A stretch of 24,985 nucleotides of DNA, taken from Clostridiales bacterium. Its GTDB lineage: Bacteria; Bacillota; Clostridia; Saccharofermentanales; Saccharofermentanaceae. The stretch spans positions 1 through 24,985 of the forward strand of contig JAFWDK010000025.1 of assembly GCA_017513085.1 (NCBI GenBank). The letters are read 5' to 3'. A program made the translations under genes and the position numbers. Below the pieces are notes generated by a model that was not told the origin of the DNA, did not search any database, and was given only the letters and a program-made list of their open reading frames with translations. Positions 1 through 10,147 of this stretch are shown here, one piece after another (positions within the stretch are counted from its first letter, which is position 1; the number at the start of each line of letters is the position of its first letter).

Positions 1-2
1 AT

Positions 3-2717
3 CGCGTTCTTAGATGCACGCTCTGCCTTCGCTGTCGGCGCACCGGACTTTACTCCGTAATCCGCACAGACATTGCACCATTCTTTCGAATCAATGAAGC
101 CCATAATGACCTGATCTCTAGTCATCGTCTTATTCTTCAACTGTCCAACCCAGAATGCCTTACCCTCTGCTTCAGAAGCACGGTCGAAGAATGTCTTATA
201 AAGTGTTTCAACGAAGTCTTCGTCACTCAATCCTCTGTTTTTAAACTCAGGTGCTTCAATCAAGAAGAAGTATGCACAGTCACCACCTGTACGGTTACCA
301 TCCTCGATCTCTTTGACCCAGAATGCCTTTCCTTCAGGCTCGGAAGCACGGTTCAAAGCGATCGTGTAGAGACGCTCTACGAAATCTGCGATAGACGGTT
401 CTTTATCCGGAATCGGTGTAGGTGTCGGATCATCCGGTTTCGGCGTAGGTGTCGGATCATCCGGTTTCGGCGTAGGAGTATTGGTTGGTGTAGGTGTTGC
501 AGGAAGTGCTTCGAAGATCGCCTTGATCTCTACATCTTCCGTACCGATCACGAACTTGTCATCCGTGATCGTCACACCACCGGAAATGACCTGCCATTTC
601 TTGAACTTATAACCTTCTTTCGGATCCGCCTTCAGGGTAACTTCCGTGCCCATCACGCCGGACGCTACGGATGAAGTTGCCGTACCATGTCCATCATCTG
701 TAACTTTTATAAAATAAACTATATCTTTCCATTGTGCCTTGACGACCGTGTCTGCTGTAATCTCTACTGAATCACCAACTGCACCGAGATCCCAACCTGC
801 GAATTCCTTGCCTTCCGGAGCAACAAACCCGGATTCAGGGAGTACAAATTTCTTGCCTACAAATGCTCTCCTCCGATCCATCGCACCACTTCCGCCATTG
901 GCATCAAATGTTACATCATAATAGTCGGCAAACACAAAGGCGATTTCTTTATAATACGTTCCCGGCAATTGATCTTTTGTAAATACGATTTCATCTTCGA
1001 TACTGCAAGTATCTGCCTTCTTAAGGAACGTGTATCCAACCAAAAGATAATCGACATCAATGTTACCATCACAGTCCAAGTCCATATGAATGATCTGATT
1101 TTCCGAATCAAATACACAATCAAACAGGCTGTCTGATTCACACTTTTGCAGAAGTACAGAAACTGCATCAAGAAGATCCTCGTTATCTGTATATGGGATA
1201 TCGCCATTTGAAAGATCAATTTCAATACTTCTCGAATTCAGCTTCGGAGTAGGTGTTGTCGTCGGATGCTGTCCTCTCATCCACACGTACGTATGCCTAT
1301 CCACAGCAAGTTCAGAAGCGACATATGGTCCTTCAGAGCCCCATGCATACTCATCGAAGACATATATATCTACGCCATCCCTTTTCTCTTCCACTCGTTC
1401 TACCGATAAGCACAATTTATTCAATAGCATAGCATGGTTGACATCCAGTTCCTTGATTTCATTGGCAAAACAAGAAAGGTATTTCAACGCATCTTTTCCA
1501 CGCACATCCAGTTTCTTCAGTTTATTGAAAGAACAATTCAAAGCAAACAGCTTCTCCTGCTCGCGTATATTCAGAATCTCCAGTTGGTTTTCTTCGCAAT
1601 ACAATAGAGACAGTTTTGTATTATTGGTCAAGTTCAGGCTCTTTAGGTTGTTACTACTGCAATCCAATTCATACAGATTTACGTTCTTACTTACATCCAG
1701 AATTTGCAGTTGATTTTCCCAACAATGAAGTGTCTTCAGTTCTGTACTCTTGCTCACATATAAGCCAGTCAGTTTGTTTTTATAACAATCAAGGCGATCA
1801 AGAACCGGACATCCTCTCATATCCAGACTTGTCAATTGGTTTTCATAGCAAAAAAGTGTAACAAGAGCCGCATTTTTGCTAAGATTCAAACTCGTTATTT
1901 TGTTATTATCACAATACAAATCTCGCAGTACTGTACTCTTGCTCACATCCAAGCTTTTCAGTTGATTATCCGAACAACTAAGCAGATCCAGTTTCGTATT
2001 CTTGCTCACATCCAAACTCTCAAGCTGGTTCGACTGGCATTTCAGGCTAGTCAGATTCGCATTCTTGCTCAAATCCAAGCTCGTCAGCATGTTATTGCGG
2101 CAATCAAGTTTAGACAGTATAGAATTATTACTCAAGTCCAAACTCTCAAGTTGGTTGTCATAACAACTGAAATCGTGTAAGTCATTACATTTGCTCACAT
2201 CTATGCTCTTCAATTGATTAGAAAAGCAATAAAACCGAGTCAGTTCCTCACATTTGCTCACGTCCAACTCCGCTAGTTGGTTAGAAGAGCAATCAAGACT
2301 TTCCAAATATTTACAACCACTCACATTCAAACTAGTCAGTTGGTTACCATCACAACACAACTCCATCAGATTTACATTCTTGCTCACATCCAGACTCGTC
2401 AGATTGTGTTGTCTGCAATATAATCGCTTCAACTTGGTAAAATACTCAATTCCCTTTAAATCAGATATTCCATCTGAGTAAGATAATCGATTAATAAGTA
2501 GTTCTTCCACGGTTGCCGCCTCTGCTTCAGCAAGCACACCGTCAGAATTACTGTCGAACTTTTTAACTATTTTCCGGAATTTCTCATCCGGAAAATTCGT
2601 CTCATCGATCGCTACATCACCCGCAGCAAGAATCTGCTTCTGAGGAATCATGGTGATTCCAACTGCAACGATAGTTGCAAGTAGCAACGTCCCTGCCACA
2701 CGTATCATTCTTTTCAT
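3..2717 (-). CDS. Secreted cell-surface protein (partial, 3' end outside window): signal peptide, internalin-like LRRs, B-repeat-like domains, PT linker, DUF4214-like repeats
   Basis: Not in the ORF track because the stop lies outside the window. ATG at 2717 follows a GGAGG RBS and reads MKRMIRVAGTLLLATIVAVG...IDETNFPDEKFR. About 16 LRRs of 21 aa (LxCxxNQLxxLDVSKN), then YDVTFDANGGSG, a PTPKPDD linker and FVERLYTIALNRASEPEGKAFW. Frame checked at 2717, about 915 and position 3. Confidence 0.9.
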   Translation of the reverse strand, partial: MKRMIRVAGTLLLATIVAVGITMIPQKQILAAGDVAIDETNFPDEKFRKIVKKFDSNSDGVLAEAEAATVEELLINRLSYSDGISDLKGIEYFTKLKRLYCRQHNLTSLDVSKNVNLMELCCDGNQLTSLNVSGCKYLESLDCSSNQLAELDVSKCEELTRFYCFSNQLKSIDVSKCNDLHDFSCYDNQLESLDLSNNSILSKLDCRNNMLTSLDLSKNANLTSLKCQSNQLESLDVSKNTKLDLLSCSDNQLKSLDVSKSTVLRDLYCDNNKITSLNLSKNAALVTLFCYENQLTSLDMRGCPVLDRLDCYKNKLTGLYVSKSTELKTLHCWENQLQILDVSKNVNLYELDCSSNNLKSLNLTNNTKLSLLYCEENQLEILNIREQEKLFALNCSFNKLKKLDVRGKDALKYLSCFANEIKELDVNHAMLLNKLCLSVERVEEKRDGVDIYVFDEYAWGSEGPYVASELAVDRHTYVWMRGQHPTTTPTPKLNSRSIEIDLSNGDIPYTDNEDLLDAVSVLLQKCESDSLFDCVFDSENQIIHMDLDCDGNIDVDYLLVGYTFLKKADTCSIEDEIVFTKDQLPGTYYKEIAFVFADYYDVTFDANGGSGAMDRRRAFVGKKFVLPESGFVAPEGKEFAGWDLGAVGDSVEITADTVVKAQWKDIVYFIKVTDDGHGTATSSVASGVMGTEVTLKADPKEGYKFKKWQVISGGVTITDDKFVIGTEDVEIKAIFEALPATPTPTNTPTPKPDDPTPTPKPDDPTPTPIPDKEPSIADFVERLYTIALNRASEPEGKAFWVKEIEDGNRTGGDCAYFFLIEAPEFKNRGLSDEDFVETLYKTFFDRASEAEGKAFWVGQLKNKTMTRDQVIMGFIDSKEWCNVCADYGVKSGAPTAKAERASKNA
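418..476. repeat. 27-bp tandem repeat (2.2 copies) encoding a Pro/Thr linker (PKPDDPTPT)
   Basis: gtaggtgtcggatcatccggtttcggc at 418 and 445, partial copy at 472. Confidence 0.9.
1430..2460 (-). repeat. Degenerate 63-bp coding repeats (21-aa LRR units)
   Basis: A ttgctcaca-like motif recurs at about 63-bp multiples (near 1750, 1939, 2002, 2065, 2192, 2255, 2380). Confidence 0.85.
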
Positions 2718-2808
2718 TTTACCAAACCTCCATTTACCATTCATATACAACCTGATTCTATTATCTTACGGCAACATATTTATGTAAAGAGTTCTTGAGA
2801 CTAATAAA

Positions 2809-2854
2809 GGAAGATCGTCTCTTCATGATCTTTTCACGTTCAAGACGATCTTCC
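2809..2854 (-). terminator. Probable intrinsic terminator after the ABC permease
   Basis: 12-bp inverted repeat GGAAGATCGTCT...AGACGATCTTCC followed by TTTATT on the minus strand; the loop is long (22 nt). Confidence 0.55.
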
Positions 2855-2878
2855 CGGAGGGTATTATTCTTTTGGAAA

Positions 2879-5233
2879 TTACTCGACGACCAGTTCTCTT
2901 GTCTGCACCTTCTTCACCTTACGGGAAACAAAGTATGCGAAGATAAAGAATCCGACAAGGAGCAACACTAACGGGACCAGGATGGTTTCGGTCTTGTAAA
3001 CCGAGAGGAAGTTGGTCACTCCCATGCTGTAGAGCATCTTGTTCAGTGCTTTTGCCGAGAACAAAATACTCATTACGCAACCGAGAGTAGAACCGATCAC
3101 GCCAATGATCAGGAAGCGGATCGCGAACATGAGACGCAACTTGGTGGATGTGAATCCGATAGCTTTGTAGATGCCGAGGTCTTTTCTCTCCTGCGCGAAG
3201 ATCTTGCTGCAGATCATGGAGACTACGACCAGTACAAAAACAATGGAGAACACATAGATCGTATACCGCATAACGTCTACGGCAGTCGTGATCGACTTCA
3301 TATCATCACTATCACTCATATCCTCTTCGATCCTGTAAATGAAGCTATCGCCGAACCTGGCCCGAAGAGCATCTCCCACTTTGTAGCAGTCCTTCGGATC
3401 GGCAAGACTGGCGCCGTACCAGGAAAAGCCTCCGCAATGCAGTTTTTTACCGCCTTCGTAAGTCAAGCCGAATACTTTTCCTGTATCATTGATCTTAGCA
3501 AATTTACCGCACACGATATACTCGCCTTTGTATTCGCGACGGGCTACTTCGATTTTATCGCCTTCTTCTATGCCTAACATATCCGCGATGACATCTGTGA
3601 TCACGATCTCGTTATCGTAGATCGGTGCGCGACCGGAAGTGATCATCATGAAATCCGGATTGGTATCGATTTCGCACATAATAGAATGCCCTTCCAGTGT
3701 CATGTATTCGTGGCGGATGAAACCGTCCACCAGCACTTCTGCAGCGTCCGCGGTAATCGCCTGGATCTCTTTCATTTCCTCTTCTGTAAATGAGCGATCG
3801 GACAAACCGACGGTCACTTCACTCACAGTTTCGCCCATAGCCTTCATTGCCTGTTTAGATTTCATGCTGCTCCCCATGAGGTTGACCGTCAGCATGAAAA
3901 ACATCAGTACGGCACTGATCAGGATCGCCACGAAATAACGTCTCTTTCTGGAACTGAATTGGCGATATGCCAGGCTCAACGAGAGATTCCTACCGGAAAC
4001 AGGCGCATTCAGAAGATTATCGAAATGCACATCACTGTGCTCACCGGTGAGTGCTTTTACCGGCGAGATCCTGCCGACTTTTCTTGTCGCAAGGAAGACG
4101 ATTGCAATTGAGACCAAAAGAACGACAAGAAGCACGATCCCGCCTGAAACAACATCCACATTATTCTTGGCGAGGATACCTGTGATCGGCTGGAAGATAC
4201 CACCGAACTTAATGATCAACGGAATCGCGAGGAACGCGCCGATCACCATGCCGATGACCTGAGCCAGGATGTACTGGAGCGTATAGATCGCACGGATCCG
4301 CAGTATGCTGAAGCCCTGGGCTTTTAATATACCCAGCTCGGTATAGCTCATCTCGATCGTGACGGATATATTATGTGCCATGATGATCAAGACAACCGCT
4401 GCGAGGATCCCGCAGAATACCAGCATGATCTTGCATGTCAATTCGGAAAACAGGCTCGTGTAATACTTCATTTGGCTTGCCGTCTCCGATGCATAGGAGA
4501 AGTTCTGGATGCCCGTATCTTTGTTGATCTGTACGGCAAAAGCATTGTCGCTTAATTCGCAGTCTGCCTTCTTATAAACATACACGATCGTAACACGACC
4601 GACCAGGTCCGTTTGCTGATCAGCATCAATGTCAGAAGCTATTTTCTGAAACGTCTCTTTGGAAGTATAGATCGTCTTCCAACCAACCATGGAAGAACCA
4701 CAGATCGGTTCTACAATAAATCCTTTGATCTTCAGTTTATATTCACCCGATCGAGTCACCAAGGTCAGCTCGTCATCGATCTTGCAGCCGTAATCGGTTG
4801 CAATACCCTGCGGCAAGTAGACCTCTCCTTCATTTATCGGACGCACTTCGTCCTCATAGGCAGTCAGGTCTTCGTTATAGAAATGTGTCACTCTGTCATT
4901 GATCTCCGTGATCAGCCAAGACTCCGTCGCTTCTTTCCCACACAAGATCTGTTTTCTGATCAGGATCGCATCACATGTATCTATGTGATCGACCATGTCG
5001 TGATCTTTCACCTGCTGCAAAAGCTCATCAGAAAGTCTTTCTGACGGGATATTCATCATGACATCACTGGCGTTGGCATCGATATACGCCTCATCGATAC
5101 TCTCGGAAACATTTTTCTTTAAACTGAAGATGGTGATCAGAAGCATCGACACAATGATCATCAGGAGCATGATCCCGAAGAACGCGCCCTTCTTTCTTCT
5201 GATATTGGCACGAAGTAAAGTAAGGATATCCAT
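2879..5233 (-). CDS. ABC transporter permease, FtsX/MacB-like (two permease modules)
   Basis: 784 aa; hydrophobic helix clusters with ELGILKAQGF and DLGIYKAIGF motifs and large extracellular loops; adjacent to an ABC ATPase. Confidence 0.9.
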   Translation of the reverse strand: MDILTLLRANIRRKKGAFFGIMLLMIIVSMLLITIFSLKKNVSESIDEAYIDANASDVMMNIPSERLSDELLQQVKDHDMVDHIDTCDAILIRKQILCGKEATESWLITEINDRVTHFYNEDLTAYEDEVRPINEGEVYLPQGIATDYGCKIDDELTLVTRSGEYKLKIKGFIVEPICGSSMVGWKTIYTSKETFQKIASDIDADQQTDLVGRVTIVYVYKKADCELSDNAFAVQINKDTGIQNFSYASETASQMKYYTSLFSELTCKIMLVFCGILAAVVLIIMAHNISVTIEMSYTELGILKAQGFSILRIRAIYTLQYILAQVIGMVIGAFLAIPLIIKFGGIFQPITGILAKNNVDVVSGGIVLLVVLLVSIAIVFLATRKVGRISPVKALTGEHSDVHFDNLLNAPVSGRNLSLSLAYRQFSSRKRRYFVAILISAVLMFFMLTVNLMGSSMKSKQAMKAMGETVSEVTVGLSDRSFTEEEMKEIQAITADAAEVLVDGFIRHEYMTLEGHSIMCEIDTNPDFMMITSGRAPIYDNEIVITDVIADMLGIEEGDKIEVARREYKGEYIVCGKFAKINDTGKVFGLTYEGGKKLHCGGFSWYGASLADPKDCYKVGDALRARFGDSFIYRIEEDMSDSDDMKSITTAVDVMRYTIYVFSIVFVLVVVSMICSKIFAQERKDLGIYKAIGFTSTKLRLMFAIRFLIIGVIGSTLGCVMSILFSAKALNKMLYSMGVTNFLSVYKTETILVPLVLLLVGFFIFAYFVSRKVKKVQTRELVVE

Positions 5234-5246
5234 TTCTTTTTCCTCC

Positions 5247-6013
5247 TTACCACTTCATGGAAGACAGCCATGCATTGACTTGTGTCTCGCGGCTCTTCTC
5301 TTCTTCTTTCGCATAAAGCGGAAGCGTCAGTTCTCCGATCACATTTCCGTCCTCAAGGTACAAGATCCTGTTCGCCCGAAGTGCCGCACGAAGATCATGC
5401 GTCACCATCAGGACACTTTGTCCCTCATGGTTTAGTTCAGTCATGAGATCCAACACTTCTTTCGTATTCGTACGGTTCAGCGCCCCGGTCGGCTCATCGG
5501 CAAAAAGCAGTTTCGGAAGATGAATAACGGCTCTAGCGATGGCGCAACGCTGCTGCTCACCACCGGAAACCTGGGACGGACGATGTGTCTTCACATCAAA
5601 GATGCCCATCTGCTTAAGAAGAGCATCGGCACGAGCCTTAACATCTGCGGTAGTCCGCTCATTATTGAGATAACCCGGAACCGCCACATTCTCAAAAAGT
5701 GTGAGATTGCTGATCAGGTGCATCTGCTGAAAGATGAAACCGAAATCATGGCTTCTCAACTTCGCCAATTCCTTTTCCTTCATTTTCACCAGATCTTTTC
5801 CATCAAAAAGCACTTGTCCTGATGTGGCTTTGTCCATGCCGGAAAGCGCATAGAGAAGGGTGGATTTCCGGAACCGGATGCACCCATGACTACAGTAAAA
5901 TCACCCTCGTAGATCTCCAGGTTCACATGGCTTAACACATGTACCTGTCCACCATTGTGGGCAAAGCTTTTGCATAGATCCTTCGCACTTAAGATCGTTT
6001 TTTTCATATTCAT
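5247..6013 (-). pseudogene. ABC transporter ATP-binding protein (LolD/MacB type) with a 1-nt deletion frameshift in Walker A
   Basis: ORF 5786..6013 gives MGASGSG and ORF 5247..5837 gives VSGGEQQR, LFADEPTG and VTHD. GGA AAT CCA should read GGA AAA TCC ACC (GKST), so one A is missing at about 5865-5867. May be a sequencing error. Confidence 0.8.
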
Positions 6014-6059
6014 AGAACTCCTTTTTGCTGTGTTTCGAAGATATTATTCTTCGAAACTT

Positions 6060-6075
6060 ATTAAGAAGTCCTTAA
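6060..6075 (-). promoter_or_regulatory. Putative OmpR-family regulator box (TTAAG-N6-TTAAT direct repeat) upstream of the ABC operon
   Basis: Minus strand reads TTAAGgacttcTTAAT (11-bp period), just upstream of an AT-rich -10-like AATAAT. Confidence 0.5.
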
Positions 6076-6212
6076 CCTTCCTTCTCACACTCACAAAATG
6101 ATTATATCATGATTCTTTTTTTCATTTTCAAAGACCGGGAAGCACGTTCTTTTCACAACACACCACGCCTATGATACAATAATATAAGTTTTTTGAATCA
6201 GGAGGCATACAA

Positions 6213-7232
6213 ATGGATCATTTCCGAAGAAAACGGCTCTCTTTTATCCTTGTTATGATTTCTTTGCTTCTTTGCTCCTGTTCATCTTCAGAAACCTCCC
6301 AAGCTACAAGGACGAGCCGCGAAACGAAGCAAACAACGGCCACTTTCAGGCAGACTGTATCGTCCACTTCTGCGTCTTCGACTTCCTACGACCCGTCTTC
6401 TCCACCTGCCGATCTGATCAGGATGGAAGATATAGCCGATCTGGATTGGGCGAAAAAACAGGCACCTCACTTCGTCGTGACGACACCGGAAGAATTTGCC
6501 GGCGCCGTCGTCTATCTCAACACTTATGGAAGTCAGGATTTTCCAACGATCACTTTACAGGCCGACCTGGATCTGGATGCCTACGATTGGGCGCCCATTG
6601 AGGATTTCTCCGGAAACATCAATGGTGGAGGACACACGATCCGGAATATCCATCTGGTTACCCGAAACAGACAGCATAACGGTATTATCGGTGTTAATGG
6701 CGGAGCAATCGGTGTTTTTGATTTGAATGTTCTGGATGCGACTGTATATGGCGGCAAATTTGCCGGTATCATTGTCGGAGAAGGATATATGCTGAATTTC
6801 GTTAATGTATATGCCAGCGGAGAAGTCTATTCTGACGGAGAATATGTAGGCGCTTTGATCGGACGAACCAGTCCTAAAATGACATACGATACCTGTTCCA
6901 TGGATGTTATGATCAACGGCAAAAGAGCCGAATTTCTTTCCTATACCCAGGAGAACGAAGCTCGCGCTTTCCAGTTTGAAGACGAGATTTACATCCTGAC
7001 TCTCCGGGATGACCACACAGTCGTGCGGACTTCAGTCGACAGACGATCACATAATCTTACCTGGCGGATCATCTATAACGACGAAATCGTATTGGAGCGC
7101 GGAGCGGATGATGAACTTGAATATAGATACAGCAGTACGAAACCGGGGAAATACAAGATCTATCTGACTGAGTTCAACAGTGAATTCGATGGTTACGTAC
7201 GCGTCAGCAATATCGTTGAGTATACGATCTGA
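6213..7232 (+). CDS. Putative lipoprotein with S/T-rich linker and glycine-rich GLUG-like beta-solenoid region
   Basis: Lipobox-like LLLCSC; AGGAGG RBS; extended -10 TGaTACAAT at about 6172-6180; motifs WAPIEDFSGNINGGGHTIRN, GGKFAGIIVG and YVGALIG. Confidence 0.7.
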   Translation: MDHFRRKRLSFILVMISLLLCSCSSSETSQATRTSRETKQTTATFRQTVSSTSASSTSYDPSSPPADLIRMEDIADLDWAKKQAPHFVVTTPEEFAGAVVYLNTYGSQDFPTITLQADLDLDAYDWAPIEDFSGNINGGGHTIRNIHLVTRNRQHNGIIGVNGGAIGVFDLNVLDATVYGGKFAGIIVGEGYMLNFVNVYASGEVYSDGEYVGALIGRTSPKMTYDTCSMDVMINGKRAEFLSYTQENEARAFQFEDEIYILTLRDDHTVVRTSVDRRSHNLTWRIIYNDEIVLERGADDELEYRYSSTKPGKYKIYLTEFNSEFDGYVRVSNIVEYTI

Positions 7233-7235
7233 CCT

Positions 7236-8408
7236 TTATTCCATAGGAAGAATGAGTTTCACCAACAGTCCGTCAGGCGTATTGTTCAGAAGCACGTCCC
7301 CGTTCATCTGCGTCATCAGATACTTCACAATATAAAGGCCCAGTCCGGAACCCGGTTTCTGCCCGTGATTATGTCCGCGATAGAATTTATCGAAAATAAA
7401 AGGCATGTCCTCGTCCGGTATTCCTTTACCGAAGTCTTTGACACAGACCGCCACTTCACCGGAATGATTTCCTCCTGGCCCGCTCTTGTCCCCGTCCCTT
7501 TCCTGACCCTTCTCAAAGTACACCAGGATGTTGGTTTCCGCATATTTTCTTGCATTGGTGATCAGATTCTCGATACATTGGCGCAGACGGTCCGGATCCG
7601 CCATCACGTCTGCGGAAATACCACGCGAATCGAACGACACTTCTTTTTCATCTGGATCAAGGGATCTTACGGTTTCCTCCACAAAAGCACTTAGCGGGAG
7701 CTTCTGCGGTTCTACTTTCAAGCGGCGCATATCTGACAGGGAATGAAGCAGGAGATCGTCCGTGACTTTACTGACCTCATCACTCTTTTTCATGATGGTA
7801 GAAAGATACAAAGCACGCTTCTCGGGAGAACTGTCCATATTCGCTTCCAAACCTTCCGCGTAGGCTCGGATCGAAGCGATCGGCGTCTTGATATCGTGGG
7901 AAAGTGTTGCGATGACCGTCTTATTATTTTCGATAGCCTCCCTCTCCGATGCACGTGCTTTTCGAAGCTCAATACGCATACTGTCAAACGCCCAGGAAAA
8001 CTCTCCGACTTCGCTTCCTCTTTCATAACGGAGCGGAATATCCAGATTGCCTTTGGCGATCTCCGATGAGAATTTCGAGATGCTTTTTAATGGATGTAAC
8101 ACTGTTACAAACACGAAGATTCCGGCTATCAGAAGTGAGACCGTGCAGATCCCGCCCACGACAAGGATACGCATATCCCGTTTCACGGCTTCGTCATTCT
8201 CGCGAAGTTTCTCTTCAAGACCAAAGAGTTTTTCGGAAGCTTCTTCGACGTCCCCTCGTTCCAATAACCGCTCGATTTCATTGACGGCCACGAGGTGGCC
8301 GGTATCCTTTTTCGATTCGTGTTGGTCCGGGTAAAAATACAAAAAAAGTGTCAGCGCTATAACGATGACCGGAAGGATGATAAACAAAACGGCGACCCGC
8401 TTACGCAT
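7236..8408 (-). CDS. Sensor histidine kinase (2 TM, HAMP, HisKA, HATPase)
   Basis: LSHDIKTP H-box, NLITNARKY N-box, DFGKGI and GSGLGL. The likely start ATG at 8408 overlaps the regulator stop (ATGCGTAA) and has a GGAGG RBS. Confidence 0.93.
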   Translation of the reverse strand: MRKRVAVLFIILPVIVIALTLFLYFYPDQHESKKDTGHLVAVNEIERLLERGDVEEASEKLFGLEEKLRENDEAVKRDMRILVVGGICTVSLLIAGIFVFVTVLHPLKSISKFSSEIAKGNLDIPLRYERGSEVGEFSWAFDSMRIELRKARASEREAIENNKTVIATLSHDIKTPIASIRAYAEGLEANMDSSPEKRALYLSTIMKKSDEVSKVTDDLLLHSLSDMRRLKVEPQKLPLSAFVEETVRSLDPDEKEVSFDSRGISADVMADPDRLRQCIENLITNARKYAETNILVYFEKGQERDGDKSGPGGNHSGEVAVCVKDFGKGIPDEDMPFIFDKFYRGHNHGQKPGSGLGLYIVKYLMTQMNGDVLLNNTPDGLLVKLILPME

Positions 8409-9093
8409 TCTCCGGCACCTCCAAAATGTATCCCACCTTGTAGACCGTCTTGATATATTTCGGGTCAGCCGGATCGTCTTCGAGTTTTTCACGAAGCCAC
8501 CTTATGTGCACGGTCAGCGTGGATGCTTCCGAGGTCATAAAAGCACCCCACACCGAGGTAAGGATCTTCTCTTTCGGTTGCGCCTGATTCTTATGCTCGC
8601 ATAGAAAAGCCAGCAGATCGAATTCTCGAAGAGATAAAGAAACCGGTTCGCCTTTCTTAGTCACTGTGCGGGCTGTGATATTTACATTCACATCTCCAAA
8701 AGAAAACGTCTTCTCTTCGTCGGAAAAGCCATAGGTCCTCCGCATCAAAGCATTCACACGGGAAAGCATTTCCTTCATCGAATAAGGCTTCGGAAGATAG
8801 TCGTCACCGCCTATGTCAAAGCCTGCTATACGATCTGTCTCGCAGGTCCTTGCGCTGGCAAAGATCACCGGAACAGTAGACACTTTCCGAAGCTCTGAAC
8901 AAAGTTCAAAGCCCGTGCCATCCGGAAGATTGATGTCAAGGATCAAAAGCTGGAAGGATTTCTTCTCTAAAACGGAAAAAGCTTCTTCGACAGATGTTAC
9001 CGATTCCACCTTATACCCGTATCCGGAAAGCATATCTGCCATGATAAATGTCAGATCCGCGTCGTCATCGATGATTAAGATAGTCCGCTCCAT
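8401..9093 (-). CDS. OmpR/PhoB-family response regulator
   Basis: LIIDDD, LDINLPDGTG, DDYLPKPY, and a winged-helix C-terminus (LTVHIRWLREKLE..IKTVYKVGY). Confidence 0.95.
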   Translation of the reverse strand: MERTILIIDDDADLTFIMADMLSGYGYKVESVTSVEEAFSVLEKKSFQLLILDINLPDGTGFELCSELRKVSTVPVIFASARTCETDRIAGFDIGGDDYLPKPYSMKEMLSRVNALMRRTYGFSDEEKTFSFGDVNVNITARTVTKKGEPVSLSLREFDLLAFLCEHKNQAQPKEKILTSVWGAFMTSEASTLTVHIRWLREKLEDDPADPKYIKTVYKVGYILEVPENA

Positions 9094-9118
9094 AATGTCC
9101 TCCGAAGGCCGGTCCGTC

Positions 9119-10147
9119 TCAGGCTTTCTTTTCGAAATAATAAGCGTGCCAATCGCCCTTCTGCTTCTCTTCGATCAGAGTCAGACCCGCTTCCTGACAG
9201 GCAGAAAGCGCAATCTCTTTCTTGTGGTCAATAATGCCGCTCGTGATAAAACGCCCGCCCGGAAGAAGCTTATCCGGAACCAAGGGGGCAATGCCCGCGA
9301 TGATCTCTGCCACGATGTTGGCAATGATCAGGCTGTACCCTTCTTTCTTCGCATCTTTCAGTTCGCCTGTATAGCAGTCTACGTCCACATGGTTTTCTTC
9401 GCAGTTGGCGATGGCGACATCTACGGCAAGCCGGTCGATGTCACAGGCGTCCACCGATGCTGCGCCAAGTTTACTGCAGATAATTGACAGGATTCCGGAA
9501 CCGCAGCCTACATCCAATACCGTATCTTTCGGATCCAGATGCTCATCGATCAGCTCCGCGCACATGGATGTGGTCTCATGCGTACCTGTTCCGAAAGCAG
9601 AACCCGGGTCAAGATATACGACCTTCATATCAGGAGTCTCCGTGACAGACTCTTTCTCCCAGGATGGTGCGATCGTGATACGAGGAGACACGGTAAAAGC
9701 GTGATAATCCTTCTTCCACTCGTTCTCCCAGTCTTCGTCTTTCACATATTTATACGAGACTTTCCCATTTCCCACAGGCAGGAACTCACCGATTGCTGCC
9801 AATCGTTCCTCCAAAAGCGAGATCGTCTCGGCGAGGCTCTTCGAACCTTTCGCGATGTTACCATAGATCGTGCCGACACCTTCAGGGTTCTCATATTCTT
9901 CTTCTTTTGCCCCAAGACGGATACCGTCTTCAAACTCAGCAAAATACGCCTGGATCTTCACATCCGATCCCAAAGAATCCACAAATCCGTCGTCAGCATA
10001 GGCCAGCGAATCCGGATCTTCGATGATCCTCTTGATCTCAAGCGGATCACAAACAGCAATACCATCCGCGCCAAGCTGGGAAAGCATCTCGCAAATCGCA
10101 TCGGAAGCTTCTTCTGTCGTCGTGATCTCAATTTCCACCCATTTCAT
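9119..10147 (-). CDS. prmA: Ribosomal protein L11 methyltransferase
   Basis: MKWVEIEI N-terminus, DEDWENEWK, LDPGSAFGTGTHETT, VLDVGCGSGILS, IIANIVA; an alternative GTG start lies at 10162. Confidence 0.95.
   Translation of the reverse strand: MKWVEIEITTTEEASDAICEMLSQLGADGIAVCDPLEIKRIIEDPDSLAYADDGFVDSLGSDVKIQAYFAEFEDGIRLGAKEEEYENPEGVGTIYGNIAKGSKSLAETISLLEERLAAIGEFLPVGNGKVSYKYVKDEDWENEWKKDYHAFTVSPRITIAPSWEKESVTETPDMKVVYLDPGSAFGTGTHETTSMCAELIDEHLDPKDTVLDVGCGSGILSIICSKLGAASVDACDIDRLAVDVAIANCEENHVDVDCYTGELKDAKKEGYSLIIANIVAEIIAGIAPLVPDKLLPGGRFITSGIIDHKKEIALSACQEAGLTLIEEKQKGDWHAYYFEKKA

Noticed and set aside
739-2481. Short ORFs on the + strand and the 911..1225 minus ORF
   Set aside because: Shadows or alternative frames of the long LRR gene
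5786-5870. Programmed ribosomal frameshift in the ABC ATPase
   Set aside because: No canonical slippery heptamer or clear stimulatory structure; a simple indel or sequencing error is more parsimonious
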